37,339 nucleotides of DNA, from assembly GCA_944376495.1 (NCBI GenBank), contig CALWCW010000086.1, forward strand, positions 1 through 37,339. The letters are read 5' to 3'. Origin of the DNA: an uncultured Clostridia bacterium (GTDB lineage: Bacteria > Bacillota > Clostridia > Christensenellales > UBA1242). A program made the translations under genes and the position numbers. The notes below the pieces were generated by a model. The model had not been told where the DNA came from. It ran no database searches and was given only the letters and a program-made list of their open reading frames with translations. Positions 7,585 through 17,466 of this stretch are shown one piece after another. Numbering within the stretch: the first letter of the stretch is position 1; each line of letters begins with the position of its first letter.

Positions 7585-7596
7585 AGTTCGTTTTTT
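7568..7596 (+). terminator. Intrinsic terminator
   Basis: aaaacgaactt-gtata-aagttcgtttt plus T tract. Confidence 0.75.
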
Positions 7597-7748
7597 ATAA
7601 GCACGAGCAACGCAAACAAAAGAGCGTTTTTTATAAAAAATTTACAAAAATAAAAGTTTAAAATTTTTAAACTAATTAAGATAAATTAATTTATTTATTT
7701 TTCATTAAAATATTTTATTTTTTTATAATTTTATGGTATTATTTTCAC

Positions 7749-8912
7749 ATGAAAGAATTAACTCAAAGAAAGAAAAAACTAATTTATAAATTTTTAATAC
7801 AAATATTGGTTGTAGGTTTGGCTGGAGGTATAGGAGGAATTGCCTTCACAACTTTTTTTCAGTCACAAGGCATAACTCCGACTGGACTGTCTGGATTTGC
7901 ACTTATAATAAGTAAACTTTTGTCACAAATCGGAATAAATCTATCTACCTCAATTGTATATCTTATAATTAATGCTATTATATTTATCTTTGCATTGCGT
8001 ATTTTTGGTTGGAAATTTTTAGTATTATCTGGTGTTGGAATTGCAACTTATACGATTGGAATGGAGTTTGGATATATTGATGCCCTTGTAAACGGAACAG
8101 GTGATACCCTCCTATTTGCTATTGTTGGTGCAATTATTGTCGGTTTAACAATAGGTCTTGCATTAAGATTTGGTGGCTCAACAGGCGGAAGTGAAATAGC
8201 AGGCTCTATTATAAATCGCTACTTTCCAAAAATAAAAACTGGCAACTGCATTTTAATAATCAACGTTATTGTTTTAGTTTTAAGCATAATTACAGGCGGT
8301 GTTCAAACCGGCTTATATGCCCTTGTTGTTTCTATCATAAATTCTCTTGCAACAAATATGGTGCTTGATGGTTCAAAACGTGTCGTTGCTTACTATATAA
8401 TATGTGATAAAGATGAAGAGGTTTCAACCGCTATACTTGGGAAATACAATCGTGGAGTAACTAGGCTTAAAGCCCTTGGTATGTTTTCAAAACAAGAAAA
8501 ATCACTTCTTCTTTGCGTTGTCCCAAGTGAACAGTCACACGAAATGAAAAAACTTGTTCTGAATATAGATAAAAATGCCTTCATCTTTTCTGCACCTGCA
8601 ACAGAGACCGTGGGCGAAGGCAGTTTTATGAAAGAAATGACTGTAATCAAAAGTAGATTAAAGTCTTTTTCGGCTACGTTAAAAACGAAAAATCATTATT
8701 CTAGACATGAGCATATTAAACAATTAAGATTAAAACGCAAACAAAAACGTTTTAGAAAATTTGACAACTTGATTCAAGACGAGTTACAAACTAAAAAAGA
8801 CAACAAAATTCAAAACCATATAGAAAACGACAAAAGGACTAGTTTACAACTAAAAATTAAAAATAAATATGCACGTGGAAAAGCCAACTCAATAACTTAC
8901 AAAATTAAATAA
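7749..8912 (+). CDS. YitT-family membrane protein with a basic C-terminal extension
   Basis: TGLSG and GGSTGGSEI motifs, several TM segments, and an RGVT...GMFS...IDKNAF DUF2179-like domain. Confidence 0.85.
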   Translation: MKELTQRKKKLIYKFLIQILVVGLAGGIGGIAFTTFFQSQGITPTGLSGFALIISKLLSQIGINLSTSIVYLIINAIIFIFALRIFGWKFLVLSGVGIATYTIGMEFGYIDALVNGTGDTLLFAIVGAIIVGLTIGLALRFGGSTGGSEIAGSIINRYFPKIKTGNCILIINVIVLVLSIITGGVQTGLYALVVSIINSLATNMVLDGSKRVVAYYIICDKDEEVSTAILGKYNRGVTRLKALGMFSKQEKSLLLCVVPSEQSHEMKKLVLNIDKNAFIFSAPATETVGEGSFMKEMTVIKSRLKSFSATLKTKNHYSRHEHIKQLRLKRKQKRFRKFDNLIQDELQTKKDNKIQNHIENDKRTSLQLKIKNKYARGKANSITYKIK

Positions 8913-8924
8913 TGATATTTAAAC

Positions 8925-9005
8925 AAAAAATCCCTCTTTAATTTGTGGTGAACCCAAAGTTAAACAACTTTTAGGAGTTCACTTCGATTTAAAGAAGGAT
9001 TTTTT
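8925..9005. terminator. Long imperfect hairpin (bidirectional terminator) with an IS3-like inverted-repeat core
   Basis: aaaaaatcc..ctttaa..gtgaac.caaagtt / aacttt..gttcac..ttaaag..ggatttttt between convergent genes. Confidence 0.6.
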
Positions 9006-9034
9006 ATTAACATGATATTGAAGAAAGATTCTTA

Positions 9035-9367
9035 TTAAAATAATATTGCTAAATTGCCCGAGGCAAAACCATATGAAATTAAGAAAACGACAAATAAATA
9101 AAAGAAAATACTGCAATAAGCGTTAACTCTTTGCCATGGATTACCCACTTTTATACCTTGAAGATTGCTATTTAGCATAAAACAGTTTGCCATGCAATAA
9201 GTTAAAATAATAAGGCACATCCATTCATTAACAACTTTAAAATAATATAGTATAAGGCAGGTGATGCCAATAAGGCAAGAGATTACCCCCATTATTCTTG
9301 ACATTATCATTTTACGTTTTAAAAAACCTGAATAATCTTGAATGTCTTTTTTAGATATATTAATCAT
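9035..9367 (-). CDS. Small membrane protein (about 3 TM)
   Basis: Start moved to ATG 9367, behind AAAGGA. Three hydrophobic segments. Confidence 0.7.
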   Translation of the reverse strand: MINISKKDIQDYSGFLKRKMIMSRIMGVISCLIGITCLILYYFKVVNEWMCLIILTYCMANCFMLNSNLQGIKVGNPWQRVNAYCSIFFYLFVVFLISYGFASGNLAILF

Positions 9368-9422
9368 ATTTTTTCCTTTTATAATATAATTGTAACGAAA
9401 TAACAAATTTTTGTCAAACAAA

Positions 9423-10265
9423 TTAGAAATCTGGAACAAAATTTTCATCAGCACTAGAGTAGTCTTGTATAAAACCTTTATTTAATCCGATTTTTAATGC
9501 ATGATTTAAAACAATTTTGTATTCTAAAGGATAAAGTTTTCGCTTTATTGGGCTGTTGTATAGAGGAATGAACTGTGACATTAAACTTATAAGTGGGTTA
9601 TCTATATTTTCTTTTATTGCGTCCAATATTTTTATGCTGTCACTGGTATGTCCTGGCAATACGAGATGTCTTATTATCACTCCCTCTTTTAAAATATCGT
9701 TTTCATATATATTATTGCTTTTTTGTTTTTTCATTTCCTTAATTGCCTCAATGGCCACCTCAAAATAATTAGGACAAGCCGACAACTCTTGCGAAATCTG
9801 TGAAGAAAAATACTTGAAATCAGGCATAAAAACATCAACAACCTTTGCAACCTTTTTTATCATTTCTTTAGATTCATATCCGCTACTATTCCAAACTATT
9901 GGAATTGGACATTTAAAGTCTTGTAAACTTTCTATTAATGCACTGCTAAAATGTGTTGGAGTTATTAAGTCTATTGACGAGAATTTAGTTAAATCATAAC
10001 TTTCTAGTAGTTTTCGAAATTCTTTTGGTGTGTATTGGGTTCCCTTACTTATGTGAGATATATCATAGTTTTGGCAAAAAGAGCAACGAAGATTGCATCC
10101 CGAAAAGAAGATTGCAAGCGCACCATTTTGACCACTAATACATGGCTCTTCCCATTTAAAATTAGGAATAATCTTTGCAACCTTTATATCCTTTCCCTCT
10201 TTGCAATATCCTAGTGATTTTTCTCTATCTACTCCACAGGCTCTAGGACAATCAAAACATAACAT
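9423..10265 (-). CDS. pflX: PflX-like radical SAM protein (putative PFL-activating-enzyme family)
   Basis: CxxCPRxCGVDR, WEEPCISG, IFFSGCNLRCSFCQNYDIS, PDFKY and IIRHLVLPG. Confidence 0.85.
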   Translation of the reverse strand: MLCFDCPRACGVDREKSLGYCKEGKDIKVAKIIPNFKWEEPCISGQNGALAIFFSGCNLRCSFCQNYDISHISKGTQYTPKEFRKLLESYDLTKFSSIDLITPTHFSSALIESLQDFKCPIPIVWNSSGYESKEMIKKVAKVVDVFMPDFKYFSSQISQELSACPNYFEVAIEAIKEMKKQKSNNIYENDILKEGVIIRHLVLPGHTSDSIKILDAIKENIDNPLISLMSQFIPLYNSPIKRKLYPLEYKIVLNHALKIGLNKGFIQDYSSADENFVPDF

Positions 10266-10434
10266 AGTATAATTATAGCAATTAATTTACAATTTTTAAA
10301 GAATTTTAATTAAATTTATTTATTTTATATTTAATTTTTGTATTAATTTTTTAATTTATTATTTTTTTATATATATTTTTTTAATTTATTTTTTCTTTAA
10401 AATATTTTTAAAATATTTTTAAACTTTTTACTCC

Positions 10435-10463
10435 TTGACAAACTCAAAAAAATATTGTATATT
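10435..10463 (+). promoter_or_regulatory. SigA promoter, probably giving a leaderless mRNA
   Basis: TTGACA-17 bp-TATATT, then 6 nt, then ATG 10470. No SD sequence. Confidence 0.6.
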
Positions 10464-10469
10464 TTTCAT

Positions 10470-12434
10470 ATGCTTATGAAAAAGAAAAACAATAAGAAAA
10501 AAGGATTTGTCCGTTATTTCAAAAAAACATATAAACAAAGTCGAGTATATTTATTAAGACTTCTTTTATCTGCTATATTATCAATAGTTATAACAGTTCT
10601 TGCAAACTTACTTGAAGTCAAAGAACTAACCTATCTCAATGCCTTTTTAGCAATAGGATATTTTTCAAATATGATAGCCTTTGGCTTTTCAAATGGTATG
10701 AATATTTTTGTCAATCAAAATATTTCCTCAAAAGAAAAAGTAGAAAAATATTCTAAAATTGGGTTTGAATTAACCTTTGCTTTTTCTCTTGTTTTTACCG
10801 CTTTTTTAATTGCCTTTCCTAAATTTTTTATGGAAACAATTGGCGGTTATGTGCCTGAAGATTATACCTTTTATTATGTCATGTGCGGGTATTTCTTTTT
10901 AAACTGTTTATTTAACTATATGACAGATATTTTAAAAGAATTAAAACTGATGAAAATGAACTTATTTGCAACCATTTCACCATTGGTTATAACAATTGTC
11001 GGTTTTTTAGTAATTTATTTTGCTGGAGTGTATTGGCTTACTTTAATTGCAATAATTTATTTAATAAGCACAGCATTTGGCCTTGTTTACTCTTACATTG
11101 CATTTTTAAAAAACAATATTGTCAAGATTAATTTTTTAAAATTTGATTTTTCAAAATTGAATTTAAGACAATGGCTTATAATAATCAATAACTTCCTATC
11201 AGAATTAATCTGGGAAGTTGGCTACTATGCAACTAGTGTTTTTCTGTTGCGAACAAGCGATGCTATTTTTAACACTTATTCTTATCTTGAATATATACTT
11301 GATATATTCAATTGTTTCCTATTTGCATTTATCACAATTACCTCTATTAAAATTTCTCGGGCACTTGGGCAGAATCAATTTCAAGAAGCATATAGGCATG
11401 CAAAATATTCAATCTATGCAACTTTAGTAATTTGGGCTTTTTATTTCATAGGTTCTATAATCTTAATTTATCCTGTAGCACTAGGAGCAAATAGTGAGTA
11501 TTTTGATTTAATGTTTTTGGCAATTCCATGCTATTCATTTATTCACCTATTTAGGTTTATTACTTGGAATTTTTCTAGTTACATGTTAAGGCTTGGTGGA
11601 AAAAATACTCTTGTTTTATCAACTGAAATTTTTAGCACAATTTTTCTAGTAACTATTTGTTTTATCACGAAGTTTTTGCCTGTAAACATATTTCTTGCTT
11701 ATTTCTTAATAGTTTTGCCTGATATTATAGTTTTACCAATTTATTGCATTTATTTTAAAAACAAAAAGTGGCTTGCAAACATTAACGATGACCCAAAAAG
11801 CCTTTCCAATACAATAAAAACCTTTATATTTGATTTTGATGACACAATCTCATATAACGTCGATTGGAGTGATTATGTTCGACACATAAACGATTTCTTT
11901 AACGAACATTTTTCTTATTTAAATGAAGAAGAAAGAAAAGAACTATTAAAAAAATATCTTCATAAGACAAAACTTGATGATGATTATGAACTTATAAAAA
12001 TATTGATGGATAAGGAAGGAACTGCACAGGCTTGGCTTGACTATAGAGATTCTTGGACTGAACTTGATGAAGGCGAGAAAAACGCAAAACATATTCCAAA
12101 TGAAGAATTAAATAAATTCGTTGAACAAGCAAAAAGATTGGGAGGAAGACTTTATATAGTTTCCAATTCACGCATTAAAGAAATTAAACGCTTTGCAGAT
12201 TACCATAATGTTGACCTATCAATTTTTGATGATATTTATATTAATGAATTTAAGCAGACTAAAGAAGGAAAAGGCTTGTATTACAAAAAAATAATGGAAG
12301 AAGATGAACTTTCTCCAAAGGAAGTTATGGTAATAGGAAACAGCTATAAAAGTGACATTCTCCCCGCTAAAAAGTTGAAAATGAAATATTATAAATGTTA
12401 TGAAGGATTCACCTACGAAGAAATTGTGGGATAG
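10470..12434 (+). CDS. MATE-like multi-TM transporter fused to a HAD-family hydrolase
   Basis: About 12 TM segments with MATE-like ISRALGQNQFQEA and MLRLGG. C-terminal FIFDFDDT, IVSNS, and VMVIGNSYKSDILPA. Confidence 0.7.
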   Translation: MLMKKKNNKKKGFVRYFKKTYKQSRVYLLRLLLSAILSIVITVLANLLEVKELTYLNAFLAIGYFSNMIAFGFSNGMNIFVNQNISSKEKVEKYSKIGFELTFAFSLVFTAFLIAFPKFFMETIGGYVPEDYTFYYVMCGYFFLNCLFNYMTDILKELKLMKMNLFATISPLVITIVGFLVIYFAGVYWLTLIAIIYLISTAFGLVYSYIAFLKNNIVKINFLKFDFSKLNLRQWLIIINNFLSELIWEVGYYATSVFLLRTSDAIFNTYSYLEYILDIFNCFLFAFITITSIKISRALGQNQFQEAYRHAKYSIYATLVIWAFYFIGSIILIYPVALGANSEYFDLMFLAIPCYSFIHLFRFITWNFSSYMLRLGGKNTLVLSTEIFSTIFLVTICFITKFLPVNIFLAYFLIVLPDIIVLPIYCIYFKNKKWLANINDDPKSLSNTIKTFIFDFDDTISYNVDWSDYVRHINDFFNEHFSYLNEEERKELLKKYLHKTKLDDDYELIKILMDKEGTAQAWLDYRDSWTELDEGEKNAKHIPNEELNKFVEQAKRLGGRLYIVSNSRIKEIKRFADYHNVDLSIFDDIYINEFKQTKEGKGLYYKKIMEEDELSPKEVMVIGNSYKSDILPAKKLKMKYYKCYEGFTYEEIVG

Positions 12435-12449
12435 TTTTAAAATTAAAAT

Positions 12450-12473
12450 AGGAGATTAAAAATCTCCTTTTTT
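12450..12473 (+). terminator. Intrinsic terminator
   Basis: aggagatt-aaa-aatctcct followed by a T tract. Confidence 0.75.
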
Positions 12474-12663
12474 ATTAAATTTATTATAACTAATCAATTA
12501 ATATTAATTTTTCTCAATTTAAAATTAAATATGGCAACATATTTAATTTTTTATTTAACATTATTTATTTTTTTTGTTATAATAAAAAAAATATATTTGA
12601 TTACTATAAGATTATATTTTATACAAATAATAAATAGAACAAAGATAAAAAAGGGTAAATACA

Positions 12664-13383
12664 ATGGAAGAGATTAAAGGTAAGATAAATAGTGTGGAAA
12701 GTATGGGATTGGTTGATGGTCCAGGCATAAGATATGTCGTTTTTCTTCAAGGCTGTGAACTTCGATGTCTTTATTGTCACAATCCAGAAACATGGGATTT
12801 GAATGGAACAAGTCAACTTATCACTCCCTCACAATTGATGAAAAAAATCAAAAGATTTAAAGCATATTTTGGGGAAGATGGTGGAGTGACCTTTTCTGGC
12901 GGAGAACCTTTGCTTCAACCTAAATTTTTACTAGAATGTTTAAAACTCTGTAAACAAGAGAATATTCACACAGCATTAGATACTGCAGGAGTTGGATTTG
13001 GTGATTATGATGAAATTTTAGATTACACAGATTTAGTTATTCTTGATATTAAGGCTGTTAAAGAAGATGATTATAAAAAAATCACCGGGCAACCAATGAC
13101 AAGATTTAATGCTTTTTTAAAGGCATGTCAAAAAAAAGTAAAAAAGATGTGGCTACGACAAGTTATAGTGCCTAATCTAAATGATAATGAGCAAAACATT
13201 GAAAATATTAATAAATTTATATCAAACCTTAAAAACATTGAAAAAGTTGAGTTACTGCCCTATAAAACAATCGGTGTTCACAAATATGCTGACTTGAAAA
13301 TGAAATATAGACTTGATGGCGTGCCAGAAATGAATGAGATTGAATGTAAACGCCTTGAAAAATTGATTAATTTGAATAATTGA
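12664..13383 (+). CDS. pflA: Pyruvate formate-lyase activating enzyme
   Basis: VDGPGIRYVVFLQGCELRCLYCHNPETW, GGVTFSGGEPLLQ, and VELLPY. Confidence 0.92.
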   Translation: MEEIKGKINSVESMGLVDGPGIRYVVFLQGCELRCLYCHNPETWDLNGTSQLITPSQLMKKIKRFKAYFGEDGGVTFSGGEPLLQPKFLLECLKLCKQENIHTALDTAGVGFGDYDEILDYTDLVILDIKAVKEDDYKKITGQPMTRFNAFLKACQKKVKKMWLRQVIVPNLNDNEQNIENINKFISNLKNIEKVELLPYKTIGVHKYADLKMKYRLDGVPEMNEIECKRLEKLINLNN

Positions 13384-13522
13384 AAACAAATTACAAAATG
13401 ATTATTTTTTCAACGAACACATAAAAATAAAAAACTTAAAACGCAAAAATTTTAATAAAAATTCTAAAAACTCCGTTAAAATTAAACTTGAAAATCTTTA
13501 GATATTTATAGAAATAATTTTT

Positions 13523-13557
13523 ACGATGCTTATTGTTTTCAATTGCATCGTTTTTTT
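13523..13557 (+). terminator. Probable intrinsic terminator
   Basis: acgatgc...gcatcgt stem followed by a run of T. Confidence 0.6.
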
Positions 13558-13656
13558 AAAATACGCATTTGAACATCATAAAAATTATTAAAACAATTAC
13601 AAAAATATCAACTTTTGTCGGACTATGAAGACCCACGTTTTCATGTTTTGATAAAA

Positions 13657-13693
13657 AATGACAATATTAGACAACTTTCGACAAAATATGACA
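13657..13693 (+). promoter_or_regulatory. Tandem Spo0A-box array upstream of spo0A
   Basis: Perfect TTCGACA (13677-13683) within four GACA cores at 13660, 13670, 13680 and 13690. Confidence 0.6.
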
Positions 13694-13764
13694 CAACTTA
13701 TAGTTTATTTTGTTGAAAAAAAGTGCTATCTTGTTTATGTGTCAAAAATTAAAGGAGAAGAAAT

Positions 13765-14505
13765 ATGGATAATAACAAAATTAAAATTTTATTTGCAGAT
13801 ACAGATGGTGAGGAACTTGTTAAATACTTTCAAGGAAAAGATAAATACGAAGTTGTTGGAAATGTCAATAATGGGCAAGACCTTGTTAAACTTGCAGTAA
13901 GCACAAACCCTAATTTTATTGTAATGGACGTTATGCTTGCAGGAATGGACGGATTCATGGTTTTAAACAACCTAAAAAAGAATATGCCTACCCTGCCAAA
14001 AATAGTTTTTATTTCAAATATATCTCATAGTGGTTTTGTAACTAAAGCAATAAAAGAAGGTGTTGACTATTTCATGGTAAAGCCAATCATGCCCGAAAAC
14101 CTTGAAGAACGACTTGAAGATTTAAAAGATAACAAACTTGAAGAAGATGCCAAGAATGAAAAACAACTTGAAGAAAAAATTTCAAATATTTTTATAAGTA
14201 TTGGAATTCCAGCTCATATTAAAGGGTATCAATTCTTAAGAGAGGCTGTAAAACTTGCCGTTGAAGAACCAGAAATAATAGGGTCAATTACAAAAAGACT
14301 TTATCCTACTATAGCGGAAAAGTTTGAAACAAGTTCATCTAAAGTAGAAAGAGGGATGCGTCATGCAATTGAAGTTGCTTGGAATAGAGGGAAAATAGAA
14401 AATATTAATGCGCTTTTCGGATTGAAAATTTATAGTAGCAATGAAAAACCTACAAATGGAGAACTTATTGCTTTAATCGCTGATAAAATGTTAATGGAAG
14501 GCTAA
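13765..14505 (+). CDS. spo0A: Sporulation master regulator Spo0A
   Basis: Receiver domain plus GIPAHIKGYQFLREA, ITKRLYP, VERGMRHAIEVAWNRG and KPTNGELIA. Confidence 0.96.
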   Translation: MDNNKIKILFADTDGEELVKYFQGKDKYEVVGNVNNGQDLVKLAVSTNPNFIVMDVMLAGMDGFMVLNNLKKNMPTLPKIVFISNISHSGFVTKAIKEGVDYFMVKPIMPENLEERLEDLKDNKLEEDAKNEKQLEEKISNIFISIGIPAHIKGYQFLREAVKLAVEEPEIIGSITKRLYPTIAEKFETSSSKVERGMRHAIEVAWNRGKIENINALFGLKIYSSNEKPTNGELIALIADKMLMEG

Positions 14506-14561
14506 TTTGTTTTTGATTTTTTGCTTTTTTGTGTTAAACTTAATTGTCAAAGGAGCAATAG

Positions 14562-14921
14562 ATGATTAAGTTTATAAATTTAAAGGAAGATGCTGGCAAT
14601 GTCGATTATGCCTTAAAACTAGTCGAAATTGAAATTGATAATGCAAAAAGAGAAGGAGTTGTCTGCTTAAAAGTATTGCATGGTTATGGTTCGCATGGAA
14701 AAGGCGGAGCTATGGCAAGTGCTTTGAGAATCCAACTTGCTCAATGGAAAAAAAGTAAATTTATTGTTGACTACTTTGGTGGTGATAAGTGGAACTTGTT
14801 TGATAACTCCACTCAAAAAATCTTGATGCTTGATAAAACAATCTATAATGATGAAGATATGAACAAAGGTAATCCTGGTATAACTATTATTCAAGTAAGT
14901 GAAAAAAATCCCGTTTTATAA
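14562..14921 (+). CDS. Small Smr/MutS2-domain protein
   Basis: KVLHGYGSHGKGG and NPGITII motifs. Confidence 0.8.
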   Translation: MIKFINLKEDAGNVDYALKLVEIEIDNAKREGVVCLKVLHGYGSHGKGGAMASALRIQLAQWKKSKFIVDYFGGDKWNLFDNSTQKILMLDKTIYNDEDMNKGNPGITIIQVSEKNPVL

Positions 14922-14931
14922 CGGGGTTTTT
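14903..14931. terminator. Intrinsic terminator
   Basis: aaaaatcccgt-tttata-acggggttttt. Confidence 0.7.
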
Positions 14932-15125
14932 ATTATTAAATAAAAATTTATATAAATTTTTATTGTTTTTTTATTTATTTTTTATTTTTAATAATATTTT
15001 TTTATTTATTATTATTTTTATTTTTTCGTTTTTTAATTTTATTTTTATAAAAAGTAATTAAATAGTAATTAAAGTATAAATCTTTTCAAAAAAAGTCTTA
15101 ACTATGAAGTTAAAACTTTTTTGTT

Positions 15126-16517
15126 TTATTTTGTTTTCCCGACAAGTTCGTAATGCCCATCACCTGACTTATCGACTCTAAACATATAATAATTAGTATC
15201 AGTTTCTGTTTCGTCAGAATCAGAACTTGTATCAGAGTCACTTTCACTAGCCTCAAGTTGTGCATAGAAATAGATATAGTCACCAGTATAACCGCATTGT
15301 CCAGATATTATTCTTGTCATAGTAACAAGCGTTTGATTTGCATTTTGGTTGCCATTAAGAACGTCAACTACATTTATTCTTCCAATGCTTGTTGAATTTG
15401 AATAGTAAACATAATCTCCATCAACAAAAAGAATATCTGTAAAGGCATCTGAAGATAAGATTAGTTGTGCATCACGAGTAAGTTCTAAAGTTTTATACAT
15501 TAAAGAGCCATTTGACAAGAATACATAACCATTTGCTGCTGTTTCAATATTACTTATAGTTTCTGCGCTATGAAATCTATTTGCTGAAGTTGGATAGAAA
15601 TAATTATCAGAATTTGCTAAATCTTTTATATAAATTTCAGTGCCGTCATAAGTATAAGCATAGAAAACAATATCTCCTTCTCGTCCTAATAAGGTAACTG
15701 TCGTTCCAGCAACTCCGGGGTCTAAAGTTGTAACTTCGCCTGTAGCGAAATCAACCGCTTTAACTGTGTCAGTTTCAATTAAAGATGTTTCAGAATTTTG
15801 AGTAAAAATAATATTTTTATCGGTTGAATTTTCGTCACTGACAACCGCACTTTCTATATTTTCTACTAGAGTTGTTGTTTCACCAATTGATGAGCCAATT
15901 CTAATAGAATATAAATTATATGTGCTGTCGGCGGTTGGTGCTTTGATAACATAATAATAGTTATCATCGCTACCCTTTTGAACTGTTATAAAAGAACTAT
16001 CATCATGCCTAAAAGTGTCAATTTCCTCAAATCCATCACCATTAAATCTAATTCTAAAGAGAGAAACTTGAGTATAGTCATTTTCTAGATTGCTAGTTCT
16101 GTGAGTGTTTGCTGATGTAAAATATAAATATGAGCCAAGAGCAAACATATATTGGTTTTGATAGCCTATTAATTTTTCACTTAAAACCGTTTGAATGTTA
16201 AGCGGACTTGTGTTTTGCCAATCAGTATTATCAACTTCGTCATCATAAGACAATCTACCAGAAACATCTAAACGTGCAAGATAGCCTGTGTTCGCTGCCG
16301 TGTTATAATTAAAATCCTCGCCGTCACTTGCAGTATAACCATTTCCGTAATAAATATAGTCGCCTATCTGTGCAACTTGTCCTTGAAAATACTCTACTTC
16401 ATCAAAATAAATTGGATTACCATTTTTATCAAAGACATCACTTACGGTCGCACACCCTACCATAAGGAAAGCAACACAAAATATCATTGATAAAATTTTA
16501 AATAAATTCTTTTTCAT
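15126..16517 (-). CDS. Lipoprotein with beta-propeller (DUF5050-like) repeats
   Basis: Signal peptide with lipobox LMVGC; repeated GDYIYY/GSYLYF/GDIVFY/GDYVYY/GDYIYF blades. Confidence 0.65.
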   Translation of the reverse strand: MKKNLFKILSMIFCVAFLMVGCATVSDVFDKNGNPIYFDEVEYFQGQVAQIGDYIYYGNGYTASDGEDFNYNTAANTGYLARLDVSGRLSYDDEVDNTDWQNTSPLNIQTVLSEKLIGYQNQYMFALGSYLYFTSANTHRTSNLENDYTQVSLFRIRFNGDGFEEIDTFRHDDSSFITVQKGSDDNYYYVIKAPTADSTYNLYSIRIGSSIGETTTLVENIESAVVSDENSTDKNIIFTQNSETSLIETDTVKAVDFATGEVTTLDPGVAGTTVTLLGREGDIVFYAYTYDGTEIYIKDLANSDNYFYPTSANRFHSAETISNIETAANGYVFLSNGSLMYKTLELTRDAQLILSSDAFTDILFVDGDYVYYSNSTSIGRINVVDVLNGNQNANQTLVTMTRIISGQCGYTGDYIYFYAQLEASESDSDTSSDSDETETDTNYYMFRVDKSGDGHYELVGKTK

Positions 16518-16770
16518 AAACTCTCCATTATATTTTTTACTTTTAAAGTTTACAACAAATTGATTAAATTGTCAAATAAATATAAGTTAAGATTGAATTA
16601 ACTCCATTTTATATTAACAATCATATTCTTTGCCTTAGGATTTTATAATAAATTTGTTAACCCCACTAAATCATTTCAATTATGAACAAAAAAGATTTTT
16701 TTAAACAATGATTATTATTCACATTAATATTACCTACTACATTTGTGTATTTTTTTCACTGTTTTTTAGT

Positions 16771-17466
16771 TTAGTATATTTTTATCAAATTATTATTAAC
16801 AATATCACATGAGGTTAAGTAATATTTGACCCCATTTTTTTCAAAGTAGGTTGGGATATTTTTATAGCCATGCAAATGTCCATAAACCACACTATCTACA
16901 TTATATTTTTCAAATAGTAAAGAAAAATCGCTATCATCTCGAGTTGAGTTCATTGGCGGATAGTGCATCATACAAATAATCTTCTCATTGTTTTGTTGAA
17001 GTTTTTTTGCCGCTTCTAACGTTAAGCCTAACCTTATTATTTCTCTTTGATAAACCCTTTCATCTTCTGGTGTTCTTTGGGCGTTACGTTCTATCACTTG
17101 CCACCCTCTAGTCCCGCAAATGATAAATTCGCCAAATTTCATAGCATCATTTTGAATTGCATAAAAATCTTTGGGAAGTATTGAGCGGAGTTTTGAAACA
17201 GAACTCCACCAATAATCATGATTGCCCTTTATGATAATCTTTTTCCCGGGCAGTGTTTCTAATAGTTTAAAATCTTCAATCGCATTTTCAAGTTTCATTG
17301 CCCACGAAAAATCACCAGCAAGTAGGACTACATCATCTTGCCCTACAACTTCTTTCCATTGATTAAATATTTTATCAAGATACCCATCCCAAACTGGCCC
17401 AAAAATATCCATGGGTTTTGAATTATTTACCGAAAGATGTAAATCACTTATTGCATAAATGTTCAT
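16771..17466 (-). CDS. Calcineurin-like metallophosphoesterase
   Basis: DLH, GD, GNHD, HYPP and GHLH motifs. Confidence 0.9.
   Translation of the reverse strand: MNIYAISDLHLSVNNSKPMDIFGPVWDGYLDKIFNQWKEVVGQDDVVLLAGDFSWAMKLENAIEDFKLLETLPGKKIIIKGNHDYWWSSVSKLRSILPKDFYAIQNDAMKFGEFIICGTRGWQVIERNAQRTPEDERVYQREIIRLGLTLEAAKKLQQNNEKIICMMHYPPMNSTRDDSDFSLLFEKYNVDSVVYGHLHGYKNIPTYFEKNGVKYYLTSCDIVNNNLIKIY

Noticed and set aside
7607-7615. gcaacgcaa after a terminator, also on the minus strand at 22975-22983
   Set aside because: Only 9 bp and two copies; not distinguishable from chance.
13658-13900. 80-aa ORF overlapping the spo0A start
   Set aside because: Covers the promoter and 0A boxes and overlaps spo0A out of frame.
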